Below, piece by piece: positions 37,032 to 47,206 of a stretch of 64,000 nt of DNA. Within the stretch, counting starts at the first letter, position 1. The number at the start of each line of letters is the position of its first letter. The translations under genes and the position numbers were made by a program. Below the pieces are notes generated by a model that ran no database searches, had not been told where the DNA came from, and saw only the letters and a list, made by a program, of their open reading frames with translations. Location of the stretch: contig CAZJFL010000001.1 in the NCBI GenBank assembly GCA_964545575.1, forward strand, positions 69,878 through 133,877. Direction: 5' to 3'. Source of the DNA: an uncultured Planctomycetales bacterium (GTDB taxonomy: Bacteria > Omnitrophota > Gorgyraeia > Gygaellales > Profunditerraquicolaceae).

Positions 37032-38012
37032 TTATATTTTAACAAATATCATAATTCCCTTTAAAACCAAAAAACTGATTATGCCTGAGACAAAAGGCGT
37101 AGCCAGCCAGCAGAAAATTATCTCGCGTATAATCCTTATATTTAAAACCCGTACTCCCCTTACCAGGCCCACGCCAAAAATTGCTCCGACAATAGAATGA
37201 CTGGTGGAAACCGGTATGCCAAAAACAGTGTATATATGGACATTAATGGCGCTGGCAAGCTGGGCAGAAAATGCCATAATTGGCAAAAGATTGGTGATCT
37301 CCGAACCGATCGTCTCTATAACCTTATAACCCCAGGTCATAATGCCTAAGACGATTGCCAGGCCGCCCAGTATCACGCTCGTTTTTGCAGAAAGAATATT
37401 TGCCCCCACAATCACGCCGGTAGCATTGGCCACGTCATTGGCGCCCCAGGTATAAGCCACGTAACAGCCGCTTAAGATGATCAGCACGGCCAGGCTCCAC
37501 CTTAAATGTTTGCGCGGGATAATCCTGTAAAGCACATTTTTAAAAATCCGGTAAAATATATACCCTAAAACCGCCGCACCCACCGGAGTAAAAATCCAGC
37601 AGATAAAAATATCTCCCAGCACTTTCCATCTTACGGGAGCGCCCACCGCAAGGCCGGCGCCGGCAACCGCGCCGACAATAGAATGACTCGTAGAAATAGG
37701 CATCTTCCAGTAGGTAGCCAGCACTACCCAAGCGCAGGCGGCAAAAGCAGCTACTAAAGCTAAATAAAGAGCTATGTTTTTATCCAGCTCATTTATCGGC
37801 ACAATGCCTTTGCCGATAGTCTTAGCTACATGCCCCCCCTGTAAAAATGCGCCCAGGAAACCGAAGGCGACAATTAAAATAATCGCCTGTTTTAAATTGA
37901 GTACCCGCGAGCCGACAGCGGTGCCTAAAGAGTTGGCGGCATCGTTGGCCCCGATTGACCAGCCGACGCCAATGCTCATTAACAAAACTAAACCGACTAA
38001 TAAGACATACAT
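37032..38012 (-). CDS. PiT-family inorganic phosphate transporter
   Basis: Two GANDxAN and two PxSTSH signatures. Confidence 0.95.
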   Translation of the reverse strand: MYVLLVGLVLLMSIGVGWSIGANDAANSLGTAVGSRVLNLKQAIILIVAFGFLGAFLQGGHVAKTIGKGIVPINELDKNIALYLALVAAFAACAWVVLATYWKMPISTSHSIVGAVAGAGLAVGAPVRWKVLGDIFICWIFTPVGAAVLGYIFYRIFKNVLYRIIPRKHLRWSLAVLIILSGCYVAYTWGANDVANATGVIVGANILSAKTSVILGGLAIVLGIMTWGYKVIETIGSEITNLLPIMAFSAQLASAINVHIYTVFGIPVSTSHSIVGAIFGVGLVRGVRVLNIRIIREIIFCWLATPFVSGIISFLVLKGIMIFVKI

Positions 38013-38079
38013 TTAATTTTATGGGGGTGGTAGGACGCCTAAATTATATCATCCAAATACAAGAAGTAAAGAAAATAGA

Positions 38080-38736
38080 TTAAAATAAGGCCTTTAACTT
38101 AGCGCCTAATACGTTAACGTCCGCCCATTTTATTGAGCCTTTGCTACTCTGCAGCATATAATAAATTTCCGCCTTCAGATTCTTAGTTAGTTTCATACTG
38201 AGCCCGGAAGAAAACCTGTTTTGATTTAAATCACTCGGCAGGCCGTCAAAAACGATAAATATTTCATCTGAAATATATGGCTGGATTTCTATCCTGGTAA
38301 ATTTCCAGGGTAATTTTAAGGTGAACTTATTGCGGTACCTCCAAAAATCAACTTTATAGTCAAACTCATTATATTCCATCCGGCTGCGGTCTTCCAAATT
38401 AAAACCCTTGAACGCGCTGGATAGCGTTAAGGTCAAATAAGGCTCTTCGCAGGGGAGAAATTTTCCTTTGACTAAATCATAGATCTGGCGGTACCCGCCG
38501 CCGATATTTAGATATTCTTTGAGATTATAGAAAAATCCTACATCGTAGTGTTGGTAATAAAACTCGCCGGCATTGTTTCCCCAGCGGAACTCCTGCTCAA
38601 AGGCTATTTTGGAATCTTTATTGATCTTGAATTCCTCTACGTCAGTATTCCAGACCTGAAAGTCTCCGTCATCAAAAGCATAAACATAACTTGTAAAAAT
38701 TAAAAACAGGCCTGCGACTAAAAACTTTAGCTTCAT
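38080..38736 (-). CDS. Outer-membrane beta-barrel (DUF2490-like)
   Basis: Signal peptide, RYRNK, PYISDEIF, NQNRF, C-terminal F; start MKLKFL. Confidence 0.8.
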   Translation of the reverse strand: MKLKFLVAGLFLIFTSYVYAFDDGDFQVWNTDVEEFKINKDSKIAFEQEFRWGNNAGEFYYQHYDVGFFYNLKEYLNIGGGYRQIYDLVKGKFLPCEEPYLTLTLSSAFKGFNLEDRSRMEYNEFDYKVDFWRYRNKFTLKLPWKFTRIEIQPYISDEIFIVFDGLPSDLNQNRFSSGLSMKLTKNLKAEIYYMLQSSKGSIKWADVNVLGAKLKALF

Positions 38737-39413
38737 AGTCGGCGTTCTTTTCCCTTGCAAACCTTAACGCATACCCCGCAGATATACTGGTCGACTAATT
38801 TTTGTTTTTGAAAATCTTTAAGCTTTTCAAAACATTTAAAGTGGTCGAAATCGGACGGGCTATCCTTTATTGCCTGCGCAGGGCAGGCCGGGATACATAG
38901 CCTGCAATCCCGGCAAGAGCCCTTAAGAGGCTTATCTAGCTTTAAAGGCATATCGGTAAGAATAGAAACTATGCGGAATTGAGAACCGGCTGTTTTGTTA
39001 ACCAATAAATTATTCCTGCCTATCCAGCCTAAACCGGCAAGTTGTCCGATTTGCTTATGCGAAAGATGCGCCTTCTGGTTTTCCCAGTCTAGAATTACCG
39101 ACGCCGGTATAGGTAGGGCCAGAAAACCTTTGTCCTGTATAAAATTAGTCAGGCGCAGTGCAGCCTGATCCAGGGCGGCGTTCAGGGCGCGGTAATGATG
39201 GAAATAAAGCTTGGTGGGCTGCTCCTCTATTTCTTCTAAGACAGCTGCTGAGATGCGCAGGCCCAGACAAATAGCTTTATCGAACTTTTTTATCGATCCG
39301 GCAGACAACAAAAAATCATTTTTAACTCTACTTATATCCGCAACGCCGAATATATCTATGCCTAAACTCTTACAGAACCTCTTCAGGCTAAGATAGTTTT
39401 TATTTTTATCCAT
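38733..39413 (-). CDS. QueG-like / 4Fe-4S dicluster protein
   Basis: SHKQIGQLAGLGWIGRNNLL, CRDCRLCIPACP, CGVCVKVC. Confidence 0.8.
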   Translation of the reverse strand: MDKNKNYLSLKRFCKSLGIDIFGVADISRVKNDFLLSAGSIKKFDKAICLGLRISAAVLEEIEEQPTKLYFHHYRALNAALDQAALRLTNFIQDKGFLALPIPASVILDWENQKAHLSHKQIGQLAGLGWIGRNNLLVNKTAGSQFRIVSILTDMPLKLDKPLKGSCRDCRLCIPACPAQAIKDSPSDFDHFKCFEKLKDFQKQKLVDQYICGVCVKVCKGKERRL

Positions 39414-41262
39414 TTAGTTTCCTTAAAGACACCATTAAAATTGAGATTGCTGCCGGGGTAACGCCGGAAATCCGCGAGGCCTGGCCTAAATTAACCGGTT
39501 TAAATCTGGCGAGCTTCTCCTTTATTTCGCGCGAGAGGCCGGCGATAACGGCATAATCTAAATCTTGGGGAAGCCTGATCTTTTCCAAGTTCTTGAACCG
39601 CTCTACCTCGGCAAGCTGCCGCTTGATGAACCCGGAATATTTTACTTCAATTTCGACCTCGCGCAAAGCAAAATCCGGGATATCTAAAGCAAGGTGGTCC
39701 AAGCTTTCCAAATCCGCGATACTTATTTCCGGCCGTTTAAGCATTTCTTCTAAGGCCACGGATTTTTTTATCGGCGAAGATTTAAAGCCCTCTAAACGCG
39801 CATTTAATTCCGGCGAAGGCTTAAGCTGTTTTTCCTTTAAGAAAGTTATCCCTTGCTTAATTGCCCGTTCTTTTTCCTGTAGCCGCTGGTAATCTTGCGG
39901 GCTTACTAAACCTAAATCATAACCTATCTTTCTTAAACGCAGGTCAGCGTTATCTTCGCGTAAAATCAGGCGGTATTCTACGCGCGAGGTAAACATGCGA
40001 TAGGGCTCATTTGTGCCTTTAGTGGTCAAATCATCTATTAATACGCCGATATAACTAGTGGCGCGGTCTAAAATCAGCGGTTCTTTGGACTGGGCGCGTA
40101 AAGAAGCGTTTATTCCAGCAATTAAACCTTGGGCTGCTGCTTCTTCATAACCGGTAGTGCCGTTAATCTGTCCGGCCAAATACAGGTTCTTAATTAATTT
40201 AGTCTCTAATGTCGGATAAGTTTGAGTCGGCTCAACTATGCTATGCTCTATCCCGTAGCCAAAACGTATCACTTCGGCTTTTTCCAGCCCTTCAATAGAG
40301 CGTATCATTTCTGTTTGCACGTCTTCCGGAAGGCTGGTGGAAAGTCCGTTAGGATAGACTTCGTCGGTCTGGTAACCCTGCGGCTCTAAAAATATCTGGT
40401 GGCGTTCTTTATCGGCAAATTTGACTATCTTATCCTCGATTGAGGGGCAATAGCGCACGCCGGTTGCTTTAATTGTCCCCGCATACAATGGCGATCTGTC
40501 AAGGTTATCCCGGATAATCTTATGCGTATTTTTATTGGTATAGGTAATATGGCAGGATACTTGCTTCTGCTCTAACTCTAAGGTGGAAAATGAAAACGGT
40601 TTTGGCGGGCTATCGCCCTTTTGTTCAATAAGGCAGGCGCAATCTATCGTTTTTTTATCCAGGCGCGGGCAGGTGCCGGTCTTAAATCTTAAAATATTGA
40701 ATCCAAGGTTTTTTAAATCCTGCGCCAAAGCAACTGATGCCGGTTCATTGATGCGGCCTCCGCTGGTATGGTTTAAACCGCGGTGGATTAACCCCTCTAA
40801 AAAGGTACCGGGGGAGATGACTACGCAGGTAGCGCTGATTTCTTCTTTATCCGTGATTACCCCTATTGCAATATTGTCTTTAACTAATAATTTCTTTACC
40901 TCTGCCTCTTTGAGAGAAAGGTTTTTCTGCTCCGAAACCATCCGGCGCATATACTCTTTATACATCTCCATATCAATCTGCGCGCGCGATGATTGTACTG
41001 CCGGGCCCTTGGAGGCATTGAGTATCCTGAATTGAATCCCGCAGGTATCGGCAGCTTTGGCCATTTCGCCGCCCAAGGCATCTACTTCTTTGACCAGCTG
41101 GCCTTTGCCTACCCCGCCGATAGCCGGGTTGCAGCTCATCAGGCCGATGGTCTTAGCGCTTAGCGTCAGCAAAAGAGTCTTACAGCCCATGCGCGCCGAA
41201 GCTAATGCCGCCTCAACGCCAGCATGTCCTGCGCCGATAACTATAACCTCATAACTAGTCAT
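39406..41262 (-). CDS. mnmG: tRNA U34 carboxymethylaminomethyl modification enzyme
   Basis: GAGHAGVEAA, MSCNPAIGG, RYCPSIEDK, AGQINGTTGYEEAAAQG. Confidence 0.98.
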   Translation of the reverse strand: MTSYEVIVIGAGHAGVEAALASARMGCKTLLLTLSAKTIGLMSCNPAIGGVGKGQLVKEVDALGGEMAKAADTCGIQFRILNASKGPAVQSSRAQIDMEMYKEYMRRMVSEQKNLSLKEAEVKKLLVKDNIAIGVITDKEEISATCVVISPGTFLEGLIHRGLNHTSGGRINEPASVALAQDLKNLGFNILRFKTGTCPRLDKKTIDCACLIEQKGDSPPKPFSFSTLELEQKQVSCHITYTNKNTHKIIRDNLDRSPLYAGTIKATGVRYCPSIEDKIVKFADKERHQIFLEPQGYQTDEVYPNGLSTSLPEDVQTEMIRSIEGLEKAEVIRFGYGIEHSIVEPTQTYPTLETKLIKNLYLAGQINGTTGYEEAAAQGLIAGINASLRAQSKEPLILDRATSYIGVLIDDLTTKGTNEPYRMFTSRVEYRLILREDNADLRLRKIGYDLGLVSPQDYQRLQEKERAIKQGITFLKEKQLKPSPELNARLEGFKSSPIKKSVALEEMLKRPEISIADLESLDHLALDIPDFALREVEIEVKYSGFIKRQLAEVERFKNLEKIRLPQDLDYAVIAGLSREIKEKLARFKPVNLGQASRISGVTPAAISILMVSLRKLNG

Positions 41263-41272
41263 ATTATTCTAG

Positions 41273-42556
41273 CTACTCTTGTGCAGCCTTTACAAGGAGG
41301 GGCATGATGTCGCGGCCGAGAATTTCACCGATAGAGCCGAGTTTCGCCGCTTTTTCGGAAAAACTTAAAGAGCCATCGGGCTTAATATTGCCGCCGCAAA
41401 CCAAAAGCGGCACCGGGTCAGCGGAATGCGCCTTCATCGCACAGACCGTAGAGTGATCCGCAGTCACAGCGATAATAGTATCAGTCATATCTAATTTAGG
41501 CAAAAGACTGGAAAAGAAAAATTTGTCAATCGCTTCGATCACTTCTTTTTTCTTCTGGAAATCTCCGTCATGCGCCGGCTCATCCGGGCCTTTAATATGC
41601 ACGTAAATCCCGTCATACTTCTTAATCGACTCCAAAGCAACCTTCGCCCAGATGGGGTAATCCACATCTAAATGTCCGCTTGCATCCGGCACAGCAATAA
41701 TTTCCATCCCGGTCAAAAGCGCAATCCCTCTTTCTACCGGCATTTGCACAAAAGAGCCGAATTTCAGATTATGCAGGCTCTGGATATCGGGAAATTTAGG
41801 CAGGCAGTCGCCGGCATCCCGGGATAAAATCAGATTACCCGGCATTTTGCCGTCAGCAACCCGCTTTTTATTTACTGCCGCTTCATTTAAGGCCTGATGA
41901 GATTTTTGGGTGAATTCATTCAAAAGCATGGCCGCCTCTTTCGCCTCAGAATAATTCTCGTATCCAGGCATAGGCATAGATTCGGCCACGGTATTTTCGA
42001 ATTTTTCCTTGGCCACGCCAAAAACTCCCTCTCTGTCATATGCCGGATCGGTATTGGTGACCCAGCCGGATAATTTCGAATGCATTCCGCGGATCACTAA
42101 AACGCCGCGGTGGCCGATGGTATTTTTAAATTCAAAAGTGGCGCAGGATAAAGTGACTTTTGAATTTATCTCCTTGGATAATGCCGTAGCTTCTTCGGTA
42201 GTCAGGTTTCTCCCCACCCGCCGGTCTTTAATCGTTTTTCCGTCTGCCTCTACGGTAGCGAAGTTAACGCGCAGGGCAAGATTTCCCTCACTTATCGCTA
42301 ACCCCTCTGCGAAAGCCTCCAGCGGCCCCCGGCCGGTATAATATTTATGGGCATCGTAACCTAAGAGGCTGATTACCGCGATATCGGATTCCGGGGCAAT
42401 ACCGCGGCCCACCGGATACACTAAACCCGTCCTGCCGTTTTGCGCCAGGCGGTCCATATTCGGGGTGAGCGCCGCCTCTAAGGGAGTCTTATTACCCAGC
42501 TCCTCTAGCGGTAAATCTCCCAAACCGTCCAGGACTATATATAAAATTTTCTTCAT
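41273..42556 (-). CDS. apgM: 2,3-BPG-independent phosphoglycerate mutase (ApgM type)
   Basis: LDGLGD, KTPLEAA, PESD, YTGRGPLEA, DEPAHDG, TADH. Confidence 0.9.
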   Translation of the reverse strand: MKKILYIVLDGLGDLPLEELGNKTPLEAALTPNMDRLAQNGRTGLVYPVGRGIAPESDIAVISLLGYDAHKYYTGRGPLEAFAEGLAISEGNLALRVNFATVEADGKTIKDRRVGRNLTTEEATALSKEINSKVTLSCATFEFKNTIGHRGVLVIRGMHSKLSGWVTNTDPAYDREGVFGVAKEKFENTVAESMPMPGYENYSEAKEAAMLLNEFTQKSHQALNEAAVNKKRVADGKMPGNLILSRDAGDCLPKFPDIQSLHNLKFGSFVQMPVERGIALLTGMEIIAVPDASGHLDVDYPIWAKVALESIKKYDGIYVHIKGPDEPAHDGDFQKKKEVIEAIDKFFFSSLLPKLDMTDTIIAVTADHSTVCAMKAHSADPVPLLVCGGNIKPDGSLSFSEKAAKLGSIGEILGRDIMPLLVKAAQE

Positions 42557-42558
42557 GA

Positions 42559-44865
42559 TTAGCACTTAGAAAAACCGCAGGCCTGGCACTTGACGCAGCC
42601 TTCTTCGTGGCGTAGGGCGCCGCCGCAATCAGGGCAGACCCCCACGATATCTCCGTGCAGCTGGAAATCGTCGGCATCGGTGGTGCTAGGCGTTTCATCG
42701 CCGTGGGAATGCTTCATGGCTACCTGCGGGATCTGGAGGGATATATTAGCCGCTTCGTCGCTGACTAATCTTTGTTCAATCACGCGGGCGATGGCGTCGG
42801 CGCAGGAAAAAATGCGCTGGCCCTTCTCCCAGGAAGGCGAAGGGCAACGGATATTGCGCAATTGTTCAATAATCGCTTTTACTTCTATGCCGGTCCTGAA
42901 AGCCAGGGAAACCAGGCGCCCGACTGCTTCCAGCTGCGAAGCAGCGCAACCGCCGGCCTTGCCCATCTGGGTAAATAATTCAAAGGGCCTGCCTTCTTCG
43001 TCGCGGTTTATGGTCACATAAAGATTGCCGCAACCGGTAGCCACTTTAGTGGTGGTCCCGTTGATCACTTCCGGCCGGGGCCGGGGGGCGATATTATACG
43101 GCTCGGCCGCGGCTGCCTGCGCCAGGGCGGGGCTGCTCTTACCTATATTTAAGACCTGTTCTTCGCGGCTCTTGTCGCGGTAAATGGTAATACCTTTACA
43201 GCCTAATTCGTAGGCTAAGAGATAGGCTTTTCTGACCTCTTCGAGGCTCGCGTCATGCGGAAAATTAATGGTCTTAGAAGTGGCGTTATGCACGTATTTC
43301 TGAAATGCCGCCTGCATGCGCACGTGCCATTCGGGAGAGATATCATGCGCGGTGACAAAAATCTTTTTTACATCCGGGGGAATACCTTCCATATCTTGAA
43401 TTGAGGCGCTCTCGGCGATTTTCTCCATTAATTCCCGGCGGTAAAATCCCCGCTCGCGGGCGATCTCCTCGAATAAAGGATCCACCTCCACCAGTTTATC
43501 GTTATCCATGACATTACGGTAATAAACAATGGCGAAGAGCGGCTCAACACCCGAAGAGCACGGCCCGGCGATAATGCTGATGGTGCCGGTAGGGGCGATA
43601 GTAGTGAGGGTGGCGTTACGGATTTTTAAACCCCCATCTTTTTTATCGTAAATACTGCCCTTAAAAGCCGGGAATGTCCCGCGCTCGGCTGCCATTTCTC
43701 TGGATTTGGCAGTTGCTTCGCTTAAGATAAAAGACATTAGCTTCTCGGCTAAGGCCACTGCCTCGTCGCTATTATAGGGCGTGCCTAAGCGGGCGAGGAG
43801 TGTCGCCCAACCCATCACCCCGAGGCCGATCTTACGCGTCAGTTTTGTCGCCCTTTCTATCTGGGGAAGCGGGAACTTATTTACGTCGATAATATTATCT
43901 AGAAAATGCACCGCTAAACGGGTTACTCTTTTTAATTTATCCCAGTCGATTTCATAGCGGTCGCCGGCTGCGCGTTTATACATGCGCGCCAGATTTATCG
44001 AGCCTAGGTCGCAGCTTTCGTAAGGCAGGAGCGGCTGTTCCCCGCAAGGGTTGGTGCTTTCAATTTTACCTAATTTAGGGGTCGGGTTATACTGGTTAAG
44101 CCGGTCAATAAAAATCACCCCCGGCTCGCCGTTCTTATGTGCCTGCCTGACGATCAGGTCGAAGACCTCTTTGCTATTCAGCCGTTTTACTACTTTTTGC
44201 GTATGCGGGTCTATTAAATCGTAGTCCTCGTTATTTTTTAGTTTTGCCATAAACTCATCGCTGATGCCGACTGAAATATTAAAATTAGAAATATCGTTAT
44301 TGTTTTCTTTGCAGGTAATGAACTCTAAGATATCCGGATGGTCAACCCTTAAGATCCCCATATTCGCGCCGCGGCGGGTGCCTCCCTGTTTTACCGCTTC
44401 CGTCGCCGCATCGTAAACCTTCATAAAAGATACCGGGCCGGAAGCAATGCCGCCGGTAGTCTTGACCATCGAACATTTTGCGCGCAGGCGCGAGAAAGAA
44501 AACCCAGTTCCTCCGCCAGACTTGTGAATCATCGCGGTGGCCTTAAGAGTCTCAAAAATAGAATCCATGGAATCGTCTATCGGCAAAGTAAAACAGGCGC
44601 TTAGCTGGCCTAATTCCCTGCCGGCATTCATCAGGCACGGCGAATTAGGCACAAACTCCAAATCCGTCATTATCCGGTAAAATGATTCCTTCAGGCCTAC
44701 AATTTCTTTTTCGCTCCTACCGTAAAGCTTATCCGCATCGGCAATGGCAGCGGCAACCCTTAAGAACATCTCTTCGGGAGTCTCGACCACTTTACCCTCT
44801 TCATTCTTCTTCAGGTATCTTCTTTCCAATACCTTCAAAGCATTGTCTGATAGTTTTAAATGCAT
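42559..44865 (-). CDS. nrdJ: Class II B12-dependent ribonucleotide reductase with C-terminal TSCPD/Zn-ribbon
   Basis: PNSP, LSACF, RRGANMG, TNPCGEQ, APTGTIS, KGITIYRD, C-terminal CPDC...CQACGFSKC. Confidence 0.95.
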   Translation of the reverse strand: MHLKLSDNALKVLERRYLKKNEEGKVVETPEEMFLRVAAAIADADKLYGRSEKEIVGLKESFYRIMTDLEFVPNSPCLMNAGRELGQLSACFTLPIDDSMDSIFETLKATAMIHKSGGGTGFSFSRLRAKCSMVKTTGGIASGPVSFMKVYDAATEAVKQGGTRRGANMGILRVDHPDILEFITCKENNNDISNFNISVGISDEFMAKLKNNEDYDLIDPHTQKVVKRLNSKEVFDLIVRQAHKNGEPGVIFIDRLNQYNPTPKLGKIESTNPCGEQPLLPYESCDLGSINLARMYKRAAGDRYEIDWDKLKRVTRLAVHFLDNIIDVNKFPLPQIERATKLTRKIGLGVMGWATLLARLGTPYNSDEAVALAEKLMSFILSEATAKSREMAAERGTFPAFKGSIYDKKDGGLKIRNATLTTIAPTGTISIIAGPCSSGVEPLFAIVYYRNVMDNDKLVEVDPLFEEIARERGFYRRELMEKIAESASIQDMEGIPPDVKKIFVTAHDISPEWHVRMQAAFQKYVHNATSKTINFPHDASLEEVRKAYLLAYELGCKGITIYRDKSREEQVLNIGKSSPALAQAAAAEPYNIAPRPRPEVINGTTTKVATGCGNLYVTINRDEEGRPFELFTQMGKAGGCAASQLEAVGRLVSLAFRTGIEVKAIIEQLRNIRCPSPSWEKGQRIFSCADAIARVIEQRLVSDEAANISLQIPQVAMKHSHGDETPSTTDADDFQLHGDIVGVCPDCGGALRHEEGCVKCQACGFSKC

Positions 44866-44908
44866 CTGGCACCCCGGACTAAAAACTTTAGAGTTTATTT
44901 ACTTAGAA

Positions 44909-44937
44909 AGCATAACACCGATTAAAATGCTTGTCAA
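44909..44937 (-). promoter_or_regulatory. nrdJ promoter
   Basis: TTGACA-N17-TATGCT. Confidence 0.65.
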
Positions 44938-44944
44938 CAAAAAA

Positions 44945-44991
44945 ATACAATATATGGTAGAGCTTAAACTAAAATATACAATAAATTGTAT
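44945..44991. promoter_or_regulatory. Tandem NrdR boxes
   Basis: atacaatatatggtag (44945) and atacaataaattgtat (44976), 31 bp apart, upstream of nrdJ. Confidence 0.75.
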
Positions 44992-44995
44992 TATC

Positions 44996-46018
44996 TTAAG
45001 GAGCGACCGGCCGGCAGGATTCTCGGATTACCAATTCTGTCGGGAGAACGACTTTTTCTATTTTCTTCTTTTTCCCGGACATCAAAAGGTTCAATTCTTT
45101 AACGCTTTCCTCCGCCATTTTGACCAAAGGCTGCTTTACCGTAGTTAGGGATACCGGCCCGTAAAGCCCGGAAGGATTATCATCAAAGCCGATAATGGAT
45201 AAATCCTGCGGTATTTGTTTGCCCGACTCTTTTACCACGGCCATCACTTCCAGGGCCATCGAATCGGAAGCTACAAACACGGCGGTAGGCGCATCTTTCA
45301 TATTCAGGATTTTTTCCGCAGCCTGGCGCGCCTGCCCGCGCGAGTAATCGGTTTTTAAAATATAATCCTCGCGCAGGGCGATGTTATTTTTCTTTAAACC
45401 CGCCTTATACCCTTCCAGGCGCTGCATCGAGGCCTGAGTAACTAAATCTCCAGTAATGTGCGCGATCTTCTTATGCCCTAAGCTGACTAAATAACTTACC
45501 GCGCCCTCCGCTCCTCCGGCATTATCCACGGCGATACAGCTGACCTCTAATTCTTTCACGTAATTATTAATCACCACGCAGGGTATGCCCTGCTGGAGCA
45601 TTTCTTTAAGCTGGTGCCAGTTGCCGATAATATCGGCAAAGATGATCCCTCCCACCCCTTTTAAGTTAAGGGGAGAGCGCGTATCGGTCAGACGCAGCAA
45701 TAAATCTAATTTTAACCTGTCGCAAAGCGTGCCGATGCCGCGCAGTAATTCCAGGGCGTAAAAAGAATAGAATACGTCGGTGTAGCGCGGGATGACTAAT
45801 GCCACCACATTACTTTTTCCGGTAGCCAGACGCTGGGCGAATACGGAAGGCTCAAACTTCAGTTCTTTTATCGCATCTAAGATTTTGAGGCGGTTTTTCT
45901 CCTTTACCGAAGGCATCTTGTTGATCACGCGCGATACCGTAGTAATGGATACACCTGCCAGGCGGGCAACATCTTCTATGGAAATGGTCTTGGAGGGGCC
46001 TTTTCTGACTCGCACCAT
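44996..46018 (-). CDS. LacI-family regulator
   Basis: SIEDVARLAGVSITTVSRVIN, DLSIIGFDD, LVIRES. Confidence 0.95.
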   Translation of the reverse strand: MVRVRKGPSKTISIEDVARLAGVSITTVSRVINKMPSVKEKNRLKILDAIKELKFEPSVFAQRLATGKSNVVALVIPRYTDVFYSFYALELLRGIGTLCDRLKLDLLLRLTDTRSPLNLKGVGGIIFADIIGNWHQLKEMLQQGIPCVVINNYVKELEVSCIAVDNAGGAEGAVSYLVSLGHKKIAHITGDLVTQASMQRLEGYKAGLKKNNIALREDYILKTDYSRGQARQAAEKILNMKDAPTAVFVASDSMALEVMAVVKESGKQIPQDLSIIGFDDNPSGLYGPVSLTTVKQPLVKMAEESVKELNLLMSGKKKKIEKVVLPTELVIRESCRPVAP

Positions 46019-46034
46019 TTAAATAAAGCGACGA

Positions 46035-47195
46035 TTATCTAACGTTATCTCCGATCTGTATCGGAGTAGCTTCTCTTTTTATATCGCAAGCTGCGATATT
46101 CGGGCGCACCTGGATCACTTCGATGTCGGCAATCAGCTGGGATTGCCGGTAGACCTGCAAACTATCGCCTACTTTTATGCCTGTGCCCTGGCCTAAATCA
46201 ATGATCACAAAATTATTATCGCGCTTGACGGCTAAGACTTTGCCGTCGAGCGTCGTCGCTACCCCGGCACCGGCCCCTATCGCCGGCTCTCCCTGCGGGC
46301 GCACGAAGATGGGCGGCAACTCCACAGACTCCTCTGTTTTTGGCGCAGGCACATAACCGGCTGCTCCAGCCGGCTCTAGTTGTCTTCTTAAATTCTCTAT
46401 CTGCGCCATTCTATCTTTTAAAAGTTGCTCCATTTCGCCGAAACTGTTTTCTAGGCTCGTATTTGTCCCCTGCAATTCCGCCAGTTTTTTCTCCAAAACG
46501 ATCTTACGGTTACCCAGGCTCTTTAATTGCCGCCTTAAAATATAATTATCGTTCTTAATGGACTTAATACTGTCTTGGATCTGGAACTTATCATTCCTCT
46601 CCCTGACCAGTTCCTGAGCCACGCTATCCATCATCTTCTGGTTATAGTCCATCTGCCTTTTTAAGTCCTGCTTATCGCGCATCTGGTTTTTCAATTCTAA
46701 CTCTAGCGACGCCTTGCCCCTCTGCAGTTCCTCATTCTTTATCTGCATCTCCTTAAAATCCTTGCGTATATTCTCCAGCCGGATTTCTAAGTCCGTTTTT
46801 TCTTTCAGTATCGCCGCCCAGTAGGCATCATCAGTCTCCGCAGAAAGCGCCGTAAGCACTTGTGGCCGGGCAGCCTCTTCGCTGGCTTTGGCTTTCAGCT
46901 CTGCCGTAAGCTCATCTTTTTCCTTTAACAACAGCTCATATTTCTTCTCTAGTTCACTGCGATCCTGCGCCGACCTCTCCACGTCTTTGTTCAAATTATT
47001 GAACTTCTCTTGCAGCCTCCGGTTATCCTGAAGGCCGGCGTTGATTTTTGCGGCTAAAGATTCATTTTCTCTCTTAAGACTATCCCTTTCCCGCCCTATC
47101 GTCTGTTTTGCGTTAAAAACCTGAAAAGTAATAAAAAAGCTAATCAATAAAAGGCCGACCAGCCCGATCAGAATAAATTTTATCTTATCCCCCAT
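46035..47195 (-). CDS. Membrane-anchored coiled-coil protein with C-terminal beta domain
   Basis: N-terminal TM, about 250 aa of heptads, FVIIDLGQGTGIKVGD. Confidence 0.75.
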   Translation of the reverse strand: MGDKIKFILIGLVGLLLISFFITFQVFNAKQTIGRERDSLKRENESLAAKINAGLQDNRRLQEKFNNLNKDVERSAQDRSELEKKYELLLKEKDELTAELKAKASEEAARPQVLTALSAETDDAYWAAILKEKTDLEIRLENIRKDFKEMQIKNEELQRGKASLELELKNQMRDKQDLKRQMDYNQKMMDSVAQELVRERNDKFQIQDSIKSIKNDNYILRRQLKSLGNRKIVLEKKLAELQGTNTSLENSFGEMEQLLKDRMAQIENLRRQLEPAGAAGYVPAPKTEESVELPPIFVRPQGEPAIGAGAGVATTLDGKVLAVKRDNNFVIIDLGQGTGIKVGDSLQVYRQSQLIADIEVIQVRPNIAACDIKREATPIQIGDNVR

Positions 47196-47206
47196 CTATC
47201 CTCCAT

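Noticed and set aside
42559-44865. Intein or intron in nrdJ (also checked rtcB and dnaX)
   Set aside because: Lengths and motif spacing are normal and no intein termini were seen.
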